DNA of 64,000 nt from assembly GCA_050014495.1 (NCBI GenBank), contig JBEKDF010000004.1, positions 1-64,000 of the forward strand, given 5' to 3'. Shown here one piece after another: positions 49,693 to 58,969 of this stretch; position 1 is the stretch's first letter, and every line of letters starts with the position of its first letter. The position numbers and the translations under genes are program-made. This DNA comes from Candidatus Bathyarchaeia archaeon. Lineage in GTDB: Archaea; Thermoproteota; Bathyarchaeia; TCS64. Below the pieces are notes generated by a model. It had not been told where the DNA came from. It did not search any database and saw only the letters and a program-made list of their open reading frames with translations.

Positions 49693-50895
49693 TTAAATGT
49701 TCACTAGGTTGCGTAATTCGGCGAAGGCGAGTCTCCCAAGTCCACTGACCATTGCCCTCATGAGTCTTGGCTCGGAGAGCGCTCGTTTTATGACTTCTCC
49801 TTGAAGGTCCATATCCCCGCCCGCGACTATTTCTTCAACCACGTTATTGAGCCCAGAATCGTTGAAGACGCGAAGGAGCCTATTCATCCTTTCATCCGAT
49901 ATTCTATCAACGAGGTTGCGTAGAGTCTGCATGCTCCTGAACTCTGCCCCGTAGAGTCTCCTCCATTCATCTTCATAATGTACAAGTGATCTCTCCGAGA
50001 GATCACCGGATTCAAGTGCTTGGGATGCTACACTCCCAGCTTTGATGGCGCATAAACCACCGAGTACTATGCCGCCTCCTGTCGTCGGTTTGACTTGTCC
50101 TGCGGCGTCCCCTACTAGCAACATTCCGGGGAACGATGTTCTGCTTACCGGACCATCCACGAGCACCTGGCCAATTCTTGGAGATTGATAGGAAACAGCG
50201 CCGAAACGCCTCTTGATAAAGCGGGTCAACAACATGATAGGGTCACCGACCCTCGTAGCGAGTCCCACCCTAGCCTCCTGGTTCGAGATTGGTATTACCC
50301 ATGCAAAGAATCCTGGGGCAGTCTCTTCACCAAACCAGACCTCAACCATTGTGGGGTCCATGTCGCACTTCACCTCTGTGTTTACGCCAAGGAGTGGTAC
50401 CCGTCTGGAATTGACCAGCCCAGCCTCCTTAACAAGTCTACGTGAGGGTCCCTCTGCATCAATGATGAGGCGCGACTCTTCGGCCCACTCGGTTCCGATT
50501 ACGCCTACTATTGAGCCGTTGATTAGCTTAAGCTTCTCTGCTCTTCTACCTAAGACGAGTTCAGCTCCGGCGTCGATTGCAGACTCTGCTAGATATTGGT
50601 CGAGCGCTATTCTATCTATGACATGTGCACGTGGGCGCTTATCCCTGATCTCAATGCTGTGTCCGTCAGGTGAGTAGATCCACCCTCCGACAACATCGTT
50701 TTGGACGAAACTCTTTGACGCTACCACCCCAATCCTCTTAAGTCCCTCTATACTAACGAGGCCAGCGCAGTGGCTTGGAATCCCTACTTGGCTGTGTTCT
50801 TCTAGAATCTTGACTGAGAAACCCTTGGACGCTATCTCCTTAGCCGCTAGAAGACCCGCTGATCCTGCACCCACGATGAGTGAGTCAGAGTCCAT
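49693..50895 (-). CDS. geranylgeranyl reductase family FAD oxidoreductase
   Basis: VGAGSAG, HCAG, PGFFAWVIP, VGDAAGQVKPTTGGGI. Confidence 0.9.
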   Translation of the reverse strand: MDSDSLIVGAGSAGLLAAKEIASKGFSVKILEEHSQVGIPSHCAGLVSIEGLKRIGVVASKSFVQNDVVGGWIYSPDGHSIEIRDKRPRAHVIDRIALDQYLAESAIDAGAELVLGRRAEKLKLINGSIVGVIGTEWAEESRLIIDAEGPSRRLVKEAGLVNSRRVPLLGVNTEVKCDMDPTMVEVWFGEETAPGFFAWVIPISNQEARVGLATRVGDPIMLLTRFIKRRFGAVSYQSPRIGQVLVDGPVSRTSFPGMLLVGDAAGQVKPTTGGGIVLGGLCAIKAGSVASQALESGDLSERSLVHYEDEWRRLYGAEFRSMQTLRNLVDRISDERMNRLLRVFNDSGLNNVVEEIVAGGDMDLQGEVIKRALSEPRLMRAMVSGLGRLAFAELRNLVNI

Positions 50896-50918
50896 TGGGT
50901 CACCGTTATAGAGGGAAT

Positions 50919-51896
50919 TTAGCTGCGCTTTACGATTTCCTGGAACTCGACATCTTCGAGCTCCGGGAAGAACTTTAAAACGTCCATTGCTAGACCCCTT
51001 TTAGCGATCTGGATGTTCTCGCCGAAGAATATCTCGTCGGGGATGATGATGGTCATCTTCTTCTTCCCCATTTTCTGACCGAACTTCTCGGCGTTGACAC
51101 CGACGAAGCGGCGACCGATTAAAGCGGTGACCTTCGCCTTTTCCTCCGAGATGATCTCCGTTACCTTAACGTCGTAGATGATCTTCCTGCCAGCTAATGC
51201 GTGGTTGTAGTCCACTTGGACGCGTCCAGCGCCTACGCTGCGTATAACCGCTTGTCGGCCGTCTATCTCCAACTCCGCCCCGGGTACTGGGTTGACGCCT
51301 TTACTGCGCAGAATGCGATAGGGGATCAACTGTACATTAACGGGGTCGCGCTCGCCGAATGCCTCTGCGGCCGGGATCTCTATGGATGTTTGCTCATTGG
51401 GTTTGACACCGCGTAGGCGTGCGTCGAGTCCACGTAGCACCCAGCCCTCGCCGACTACGACGAGGCGTGGGCCATAGACGTTTCCCTCACGGTGGGTGCC
51501 CTTCTCCTTTGCTACCTCCTCATTTGTAGTGTCGAAGACTTCACCGGTCTCCTCAGCCCTGCCGGTCATCTCCATGAGGATGAAGTCGCCCTTGTTTACG
51601 GCACCCTCTATACGCGGCTCCTCTGGTGGCTTCTCCTCTTTAGCCTCGACTGTAGCCCCTGTCTTCGTTTCCTCCGCGGGTTTTTCACCTGGAATCGCCT
51701 CAGCAATTGGTGCCTCAGCCTTTGATTCCTCTATGGGCTTTACATCTGAAATTGCCTCAACAACTGGGGCCTCGGTCTTCGTTTCCTCCACAGGCTTTTC
51801 ACTTGAAATTGCTTCAACTACGGGGGTCTTGACCTTGGGCTCCTCGACTGGTTTTTCTTCTGGCTTCTCCTCGATGGGCTTCTTCTCTTCACTCAT
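50919..51896 (-). CDS. long FKBP-type peptidyl-prolyl isomerase with repetitive N-terminal extension
   Basis: VFDTT, GEG.V..GLD, AFGERD, GRVQVDYNH.LAG. Confidence 0.92.
   Translation of the reverse strand: MSEEKKPIEEKPEEKPVEEPKVKTPVVEAISSEKPVEETKTEAPVVEAISDVKPIEESKAEAPIAEAIPGEKPAEETKTGATVEAKEEKPPEEPRIEGAVNKGDFILMEMTGRAEETGEVFDTTNEEVAKEKGTHREGNVYGPRLVVVGEGWVLRGLDARLRGVKPNEQTSIEIPAAEAFGERDPVNVQLIPYRILRSKGVNPVPGAELEIDGRQAVIRSVGAGRVQVDYNHALAGRKIIYDVKVTEIISEEKAKVTALIGRRFVGVNAEKFGQKMGKKKMTIIIPDEIFFGENIQIAKRGLAMDVLKFFPELEDVEFQEIVKRS
51642..51857 (-). repeat. about 3.8 x 57-bp (19-aa) coding tandem repeat
   Basis: EKPVEEPKVKTPVVEAISS / EKPVEETKTEAPVVEAISD / VKPIEESKAEAPIAEAIPG / EKPAEETKTGATVEA. 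Confidence 0.8.
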
Positions 51897-52052
51897 GGTT
51901 GAACACTCTGAGAGTCATTGCCCCCATTCCTGGGGGATTCACGCAAGGAGATGCGGAGCCCGGTTTAAAGCCTTTCTGTAAAATTTGACGGCTCTTTTCC
52001 TTTGGATGATCCACACGGTTTTTAGCCAAGGGCACTTGTCTAGTGGCGGATT

Positions 52053-52060
52053 GCGCGCGC
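52053..52060. repeat. (GC)4 tract
   Basis: TTGCGCGCGCCAA, intergenic. Confidence 0.9.
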
Positions 52061-52070
52061 CAAATGTTAC

Positions 52071-52355
52071 TTACAGCTTCTTTTTCGAATTTCCTCTCCT
52101 ATAGTTCAATATCGTTGACGCAGCTATCAGGACCATGAACCAGAAGGCTGCATCTATAGCCAGGATGATTAGGTCGACTCTCCATTCGTTGGTTGAGCCC
52201 GCTACTGTGCTGAGAATATTTGCTCCCCAAGTGAGGGGTAATCCGTATCGTACCTCGATTAGGTCCGGTACCGAGTAACCTTGGTTGTATACCAGGGCGA
52301 GCGTGCCTATTACTCCAAGGATCAATAGGATTATGGTTCGAATTCCTATTTTCAT
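52071..52355 (-). CDS. small membrane protein
   Basis: two TM helices; YGLPLTWG. Confidence 0.7.
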   Translation of the reverse strand: MKIGIRTIILLILGVIGTLALVYNQGYSVPDLIEVRYGLPLTWGANILSTVAGSTNEWRVDLIILAIDAAFWFMVLIAASTILNYRRGNSKKKL

Positions 52356-52496
52356 ATTGATCAGTCACTTTACTCCTGATCTTTAATACATATTGTTCTC
52401 TAAGAGCGTGCACATGAAGGCGCATGCTTATGAGTATTCGCTCGCGTGTGCGAGATTCTTTATTTAGTCGCAAAGACCAAAAGGGTCTCGATCAAA

Positions 52497-53006
52497 TTGG
52501 ATGCGATACAGGTCATTCTTGGTAGGAGAAGCATTCGAAAGTTCACCGGGGAGACGATCCCTGAAAATGATGTAAAGTTGCTCCTCGAAGCGGCTATGGC
52601 GGCCCCCTCAGCCTGCAACCAGCAGCCCTGGCACTACATAGTGGTGAAGGATAAGGCCACATTCGATAAGATAACCGAGGCACAGCCCTACACGAGGATG
52701 TTGCCTAAGGCCTCCATTGCGGTAATCGTGTGTGCGGACCCGAATCTTCAGACCTGTCCAGGTTTCTGGGTTCAGGACTGCTCAGCCTCAACCGAGAACC
52801 TGCTATTGGCTGCGCATGCTATGGGTTATGGTGCTACTTGGTGTGGTATCTACCCCAATGATGATACGGTGTGGAAGATCAGGGAGTTGCTGGGGATCCC
52901 TAAGACGGTTTACCCATTGTGTGTTGTAGCTGTCGGAGTCCCCGACGAGGAGAAGCCGCCAGCTGATAGGTATAATCAAGCTCGTGTGCACACTGAGAAG
53001 TGGTGA
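52497..53006 (+). CDS. nitroreductase family protein
   Basis: RRSIRKF, APSA.N.QPW, QDCSA..ENLLLAA, GATWCG. Confidence 0.92.
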   Translation: MDAIQVILGRRSIRKFTGETIPENDVKLLLEAAMAAPSACNQQPWHYIVVKDKATFDKITEAQPYTRMLPKASIAVIVCADPNLQTCPGFWVQDCSASTENLLLAAHAMGYGATWCGIYPNDDTVWKIRELLGIPKTVYPLCVVAVGVPDEEKPPADRYNQARVHTEKW

Positions 53007-53027
53007 TCCCGCACACGCGAGCTGCAT

Positions 53028-53222
53028 CTAGATTTTGGCCACGTTTATTGTCTCAGAGGCGAATAAATCCTCCACCTTGAACAGGGATTCAACTAGCCCT
53101 TGCTCCGATGAGTAATTGATGAAGGCTTTGAGGATCTTGCGGTTCGCGTCCAGTTCGTAGGGCCAATAGTTCTGATCCATGATTCATATGGTCTCCTCGA
53201 GTTCAGGGATCATCCAAGGCAT
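53028..53222 (-). pseudogene. C-terminal fragment of a 4,5-dihydroxyphthalate decarboxylase-like/SsuA-like binding protein
   Basis: PWMIPELEET*..YWPY..ANR..L...INYS.EQGL....VEDLFA; internal TGA; 5' end missing. Confidence 0.6.
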
Positions 53223-53266
53223 GCGCGCTCGACACACCTTTAAGTCGGAAAATTAAAGATATCACT

Positions 53267-54127
53267 ATGGATTCTAAGTATCTAATTATTGGTCTTGTCG
53301 GATTCCTGATTGGAGGAGGTTCTATTTACTATTATATAACTAGACAAAATGGTAATTTACCGACCAATATTAATCCCACCATAACTCTGACTCACATAAA
53401 TGAAACAGAGATCAAGGTCGGGAGTGCACAAAAAATATTGGCCATAGGCGCTGATCTCTCAACTGGAGACGCGGGTCATACACAGTTCTTCTCAAGCCTA
53501 AGATCAAAGGGATATACGGTAGACTCATTATCGAATGATAGTGTCATAGATATTCCAACACTATCAAATTATGGTGTATTAATCATAGCCGGGAATAGAA
53601 ACTATGGAATAAGTGATGGACCTCTAATAGCAGATTGGGTGAAAAAAGGTGGAAATATACTATTAATAGCCAATAATTTAGATGAAACGCGTGCCTCGTG
53701 GTGTAACCCTATGCTCGATGACTTCGGAATAGTTGTCAACAACGATAACGTTCAAGCACCATTTTCCACCGCGGTTGGTTACATCGTTAAATATATTTAC
53801 AAGCATGCTATCACAAACGGAATCACGAATATTGTTGTTCCTGTAGTTCAGGGAACACATAACACTGGATCTTGGACGGGTCCCGTTGATCTAACTATTG
53901 ATTCATCAAAGGCTACAATGGTTGCACAAATTGGGGAATCCGGTTACAGCAGCGCACATGCTATAAAACCACCCGTATTAGCTGTGTATGAGGGCACAGG
54001 GAAAGTTGTAGTAATAAGTGGAGCCGGTGATTACACTCCGTTCTCAAATGCCTACTTATCTTATGCGCAGATTGATAATTTGCAGCTTGGAATTAATATT
54101 ATTGGGTGGTTCCAAAGCCCCGGTTAG
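53267..54127 (+). CDS. membrane-anchored extracellular protein (DUF4350/GldG-like), AT-rich
   Basis: N-terminal TM; LIIAG, WVKKGGNILLI, GKVVVISG, NLQLGINII.W; low GC. Confidence 0.7.
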   Translation: MDSKYLIIGLVGFLIGGGSIYYYITRQNGNLPTNINPTITLTHINETEIKVGSAQKILAIGADLSTGDAGHTQFFSSLRSKGYTVDSLSNDSVIDIPTLSNYGVLIIAGNRNYGISDGPLIADWVKKGGNILLIANNLDETRASWCNPMLDDFGIVVNNDNVQAPFSTAVGYIVKYIYKHAITNGITNIVVPVVQGTHNTGSWTGPVDLTIDSSKATMVAQIGESGYSSAHAIKPPVLAVYEGTGKVVVISGAGDYTPFSNAYLSYAQIDNLQLGINIIGWFQSPG

Positions 54128-54514
54128 CCACATCAAGTTCACTAGACTATTGAAGTGCGCGATTTCTATGAACTTTTGTTCTAATTCATCGTCAGCAAGG
54201 CTCTTAAGCCCAGGCTAGCTTTGAGCAGTATTCGAGGGTGGAAATAGATAGGAGTTGCAACCTCCGCCCTTCTTTAAATCGATGGGGCTGAAGAGGCCCC
54301 CCAAAACTCGTTTAATATGGATCCTCTTTAGGGCTCCTTACCATAAGGAGTGTGTGCGTGAGGATCGGTACAAGTCTTAAGTACGCTATGAATCGATCGA
54401 ATTCTAAACCAGGTGTTCACGAATTGCATAGAATAACCGCGCTAATACTGGGAATCCTATGATTATCAGCGATCGCCAACTCATTAACCATTCCTAGAGC
54501 GTCAAGCGCCAGAT

Positions 54515-54522
54515 CGCGCGCG
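54515..54522. repeat. (CG)4 tract
   Basis: ATCGCGCGCGGAT, intergenic. Confidence 0.9.
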
Positions 54523-54665
54523 GATTTTGTCAATTACATGAAGAGGACGAGACTCTTGATTTCAAGCGCCCCCGATTGAATTAATCTCAATCAGAGACAC
54601 TTGTTGGAAAAAAACCATTTAACATTAATGATTGATCCCTTTAACTAGTCACTAGGTGAGTCAAA

Positions 54666-55631
54666 TTGAAGGCGACGGCCATCGCTCACCCCATTCAGGG
54701 GTTAATAAAATACCATGGGCTGAAAGACGTGGCTCTAAGAATTCCCTTCCACGATAGTATCTCCGTATGTTCAGATGCACTGGAAACCGTCACCACGGTT
54801 CAATTCGATGAGACTCTAATGGAGGATTCAGTTGTGATCAATGATAATAGGGTCTCAGGTTCGGATCTTGATCGAATCATAGCGATTATTACCAGGCTTG
54901 CTATGATGGCGAAGAACAGCGATCACTTTAAGATAGTATCTAAAAACAATCTTTCAAACGGTAAGGGCCTCGGTTTCTCGGCATCGGGATTCGCAGCGCT
55001 GGGGTTTGCCTCACGTGAAGCTCTTGAGCTCGACATCGATGACATATCGCTCTCAGAGATAGTTAGGTTAGGGGCAGGTTCAGCTACTAGGAGTTTGGCT
55101 GGCGGTTTTTCGATTTGGTATGCGGATAAAGGAGGCAGGTCGTATGCTGAGCAGTTGGCGGGCCCCGATGCGATGGATTTCATGCAGGTCGTGATACCGA
55201 TAGCCTCCGATGTGAAAACGGATGAGGCTCACATTGAGGTTCTCAGTTCACCCCTCTTCAAAGCTAGGTTAGATCACATCGAGGATATACTGAGTTCGAT
55301 GAGGGCCGCAATTGCTAGTAAAGACGTTAAGATGATAGGCAGACTTGCTGAGGAGGACACGCTGAATCTTCACGCCATAACGATGACTGGCAAGTCTCAC
55401 ATAGTGTTATGGGAGCCAGATACAGTCCGGATTCTCAAGGAGGTGATTAGGATGCGGGCTGATGGTGTTTCTGCCTGGTACTCAATGGATACTGGTCCAT
55501 CCGTCTTCGTGAACACCGACTCTGAGTACGTTAAGGAGGTCGCAAGGAGGATAGGTTCCCTGGATTTGTCCAATGTAATCATAAGTAGGGTTGGTGGCCC
55601 TCCAACTATATGTTATGAACACCTATTTTGA
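54666..55631 (+). CDS. mvaD: (di)phosphomevalonate decarboxylase, haloarchaeal-like
   Basis: MKATA.AHPIQGL.KYHG, PFHDSISV, GLGFSASGFAAL, GSA.RS, SMDTGP. Confidence 0.88.
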   Translation: MKATAIAHPIQGLIKYHGLKDVALRIPFHDSISVCSDALETVTTVQFDETLMEDSVVINDNRVSGSDLDRIIAIITRLAMMAKNSDHFKIVSKNNLSNGKGLGFSASGFAALGFASREALELDIDDISLSEIVRLGAGSATRSLAGGFSIWYADKGGRSYAEQLAGPDAMDFMQVVIPIASDVKTDEAHIEVLSSPLFKARLDHIEDILSSMRAAIASKDVKMIGRLAEEDTLNLHAITMTGKSHIVLWEPDTVRILKEVIRMRADGVSAWYSMDTGPSVFVNTDSEYVKEVARRIGSLDLSNVIISRVGGPPTICYEHLF

Positions 55632-55679
55632 ATCTAGTAAAAGAAGGCGCAGAGGATACGTGCGGGCGAAAAAAGGAGA

Positions 55680-56852
55680 CTAAGATGCTGTGACCTTGAA
55701 GGTCTTGAAACCCTCACTCATTAAATGAATCGTGTAGCTGTTTCCCTTGACCGGTGTCACAGCTACCTTGGGAGATTTATCTCGGCCATCAACATGTAGA
55801 CTTATAACCCCGTTGAAGGTTAGCGTCGCCGAATTACCCGGCTTTAGGACCAATCTTGATGTGCCCCAGTCACCCATCGGATTCATGTCACCGAATATAG
55901 GAGTCAGGGTGTCACCACTGATTTTGAAGGGTATGGAGTCGGGTCTGTCCATCCCCATGAAGCCCCATGGCATACCACCCATGCCTGGCTTACCCGACTT
56001 GTCCTTTCCATTCTGCTGTCCATAACCTGCGATGGTAGAGGTGACGTTGAAGTCGCCACTGAGAGTGATGCTGGAGATCGTTGCGTTGGCTTTGCCAATG
56101 TTCTTGATGGTCACACTGAGAGTTGTGACGTTGCCCTTGACTGAGAGACTCGACGAAGTCACCGTAATGTTGTTCGAGGCTCTGCGGTACTCCTGACTCA
56201 GCTTGTTGTTATCATCATCGCCTATCCTCCATTTTGCGCCGACTTGTGTCTGAGTATCGAGAACGTTAGATTTGACTATCGCTGTTGCGCTCGGAGATAA
56301 AACGAAGTAGCTCACCAAGCTTCCAGTCGAGTTCATCGCGTTGATCTGGACGAGTGTTGGCCTTAGATCGATCAGGGCACCAGTCTTCGTTCCATTCAAC
56401 TTCGTTTCTCTTAGTGAGACCAGTAGATTATCGGAGAGCATCGTCACTGGGTATACTTTATCGCTTACCTTCGCCTCAGCTGCGGAGATCTCGAACTGAA
56501 GTTTATCCACTGTTGAGCCTGTGGGAAGACTTAGAGTAGCAATTGTTTGGGTCATGTTTACAAGTGAGAGTAGATTTACCCTACCCGACTCTTGGGCTGC
56601 AACCCAATTTGATGAGCCGTCGCTGGCTACAACGTGGAGCTGGATGCTTGAATAGGTCACGTTAAGTTGAGTAGTTCCCCTTGGAACGTTTGGTGGGTCA
56701 GTTAGCATGACGAGGAAACTCGTCTGACCTGTTTGTGTTGTCATACTCGTTGGATTCAACGCCGTGTTGGCGTAGAGGGATGTCCCGATGATGGCCAGAG
56801 CCACAATAACCGCGGCTGCACCATACTTCAAGGAAAGTCTCTTCGTTGCCAT
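55680..56852 (-). CDS. DUF4382-like secreted protein
   Basis: signal/TM then VMLTDPP.VP..T.LNVTYS...H; VNLLSLVN. Confidence 0.72.
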   Translation of the reverse strand: MATKRLSLKYGAAAVIVALAIIGTSLYANTALNPTSMTTQTGQTSFLVMLTDPPNVPRGTTQLNVTYSSIQLHVVASDGSSNWVAAQESGRVNLLSLVNMTQTIATLSLPTGSTVDKLQFEISAAEAKVSDKVYPVTMLSDNLLVSLRETKLNGTKTGALIDLRPTLVQINAMNSTGSLVSYFVLSPSATAIVKSNVLDTQTQVGAKWRIGDDDNNKLSQEYRRASNNITVTSSSLSVKGNVTTLSVTIKNIGKANATISSITLSGDFNVTSTIAGYGQQNGKDKSGKPGMGGMPWGFMGMDRPDSIPFKISGDTLTPIFGDMNPMGDWGTSRLVLKPGNSATLTFNGVISLHVDGRDKSPKVAVTPVKGNSYTIHLMSEGFKTFKVTAS

Positions 56853-56959
56853 CTACATTTACCTAAACAATAGGCGTCTCGACTTTGTATATGATGCTAC
56901 ACATTTTAATGACTTTTCAGGGTATTTGAAGACCCGTTCAAGATCCTTGAATGGCGTTG

Positions 56960-57406
56960 TTAATCATTTGTTTGCCTGTTAGCGGAGTCAACAACTAGCC
57001 TACGCCACAACCTGAGAGACTCATACCAGAGGAGAACGACCATCGCTAGGGAAGCTGTGATGAGATAAATCGTGAATCCAGTGGATAGGAGGGATTCAAG
57101 TGAAAAGAATACGATCAGGATCGTGAACAGAACGGCGAAGAAGAGGAACTGTGGAACCAGGGCAGTTCCCACCTTAACATATCCCTCCAAGATCTCGGTG
57201 GATGACTCCTCCGAGGCAACGTACCTGCCCTCCTCATCTTGTCTCACGTATCCGGCTTCGACGAGTCTACTAAGGTGGTACGATGCCAATGAAGGAGTTG
57301 ATAGTCCTACGCCCCTCTGAACATCCCTGAGACCACTTGGACCATGTGTGACAAGGTAAAGGTACGTCCTTAGGGCGTTTCCTGTGATCTCTTTAGTTTT
57401 TTTCAA
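56960..57406 (-). CDS. membrane-anchored winged-HTH regulator
   Basis: LRTYLYL..GLRDVQRGVGLSTPSLASYHL.RL...G followed by two TM helices. Confidence 0.8.
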   Translation of the reverse strand: MKKTKEITGNALRTYLYLVTHGPSGLRDVQRGVGLSTPSLASYHLSRLVEAGYVRQDEEGRYVASEESSTEILEGYVKVGTALVPQFLFFAVLFTILIVFFSLESLLSTGFTIYLITASLAMVVLLWYESLRLWRRLVVDSANRQTND

Positions 57407-57756
57407 GGCTGTTCACCTGGCGTACGTGATACCGTTTATTACTTGAGTCGAGATCGATAGGGTGTCTCTTTCCAGTCCAATACGCCTACCATACCGTTCA
57501 CGTTTGCGTAGCGTTGATGCCTGACCTCCGAGAGTAACGCTTTGGTGAACAAGTTTTGGAGATGCTCCTATTGTTATAATATAAATCCCACAATGGAACA
57601 AGGTACCTTATAGCGTCTTCTGAATCAGAATATGTATCTAAAATCAATCAAATATCCACTTCTTAACTATAGTGTGTTCACGCTTTGGTAGTCTGAATCT
57701 TGGGTTTTCCTGTGGACAATATTTAGTGTTTATTTGTGGCTCTGTCGAGTGGCTAC

Positions 57757-58659
57757 TTAAATAACAACTTGCTCCCCAGGTACTCTTCTGAAAATTTGTA
57801 CATCACCGACATGGCTAGCCTTTGTCAGGAACCTTACGAGTCTCTCGATCCCGAAGCCTGCTCCAGCTGAGGGTATAAATCCCTTCTTTGCCTCAGCGAC
57901 GTAGGCGTCGTATATTCTCATGTTAAGTCTGTCTTTTCCCATCCTCTCAATGATGCGCTTGTAATCGTATTCTCGTTCCGCGCCGGATAGGGCTTCACCA
58001 AATCCCTGTGGGTATACGAGATCGTAGTTCAGGTAATGACCGGGATTTGATTCATCCTCCTTATCGTAGAATTCTCTCTTGTGGCATAGAGCCCAGAATG
58101 GTTGTTCATTTGCAATCGATGCCTCTTTCTCCCAGTCTTTACCGTATTTGCTCTCTAATTCATGGGTTGTGTAAACCTTGAATGGTGTTTTGAACTCGAA
58201 GGGACGGACACCGATGCTCTCAAAGAGATCAAGGTAATTCTTCAGCTTCTCACCTAGAAATTCGAAGTATTTACCCATCAAAGACATCACATCCTCCTTT
58301 TTACCATTCGCGATCTCAAAGTCTAGCTGGGTAAACTCAAACAGATGCTTTCCCGATACTATTCTCTCGGCCTTCTCTAGTCTAATGTTGGGAGAGAAGA
58401 TGAAGATCTTACCGAGGTTCTTGACGGCAACCTGCTTGTGTAGAATCATCGAATTCATAGTGTAGAGAAGCATTCCATTGTACTCAATCTCAGGAGTCTT
58501 GATTATTGACGATCCTGGATCAGGGCCAAGGGGATCGGTGCTTCTACCCAGTATGACGGGTAGCAATTGAACAAAGCCTTGTTCGTGGAAGAAGTCCGAA
58601 GTAAGCTTTAGTACCGCACTTCCGATCTCGATTCTCGTTGTTAATTCTGGTACTTGCAT
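57757..58659 (-). CDS. asnA: archaeal asparagine synthetase A (AspRS-derived)
   Basis: TDPLGPDP, SMILHKQ, SPNIRLE, GKHLFEFTQLD, GEALSGAEREY, PSAGAGFGIERL. Confidence 0.9.
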   Translation of the reverse strand: MQVPELTTRIEIGSAVLKLTSDFFHEQGFVQLLPVILGRSTDPLGPDPGSSIIKTPEIEYNGMLLYTMNSMILHKQVAVKNLGKIFIFSPNIRLEKAERIVSGKHLFEFTQLDFEIANGKKEDVMSLMGKYFEFLGEKLKNYLDLFESIGVRPFEFKTPFKVYTTHELESKYGKDWEKEASIANEQPFWALCHKREFYDKEDESNPGHYLNYDLVYPQGFGEALSGAEREYDYKRIIERMGKDRLNMRIYDAYVAEAKKGFIPSAGAGFGIERLVRFLTKASHVGDVQIFRRVPGEQVVI

Positions 58660-58969
58660 CTAGATCTCAGAAAAACGTATCATCGCTGCATATTAAGATT
58701 TATACAATAATATTGGAGTAATTTCATTATAATAGTTTTTTTCATCATTGGAATTGTAATAAATACAAAAAATGATGCGAAGTTAAGAAACATGTATGGA
58801 GGCAAATTAGGATTTTTAATTGCGTTGAACATGTGCACACGAACTGTTATGAAGTTATTATTAGACCTTGTCGCTCACTATTCACAGCGATTATTTTACA
58901 TGCTTTATTCTATTTTTAAGGGGCGTTCGTGCTTGCGACACATGAATTTAGACTAGGTGATGATTGATA

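Noticed and set aside
57413..57601. 62-aa minus-strand ORF
   Set aside because: No recognisable features; likely the leader or spacer of the wHTH gene.
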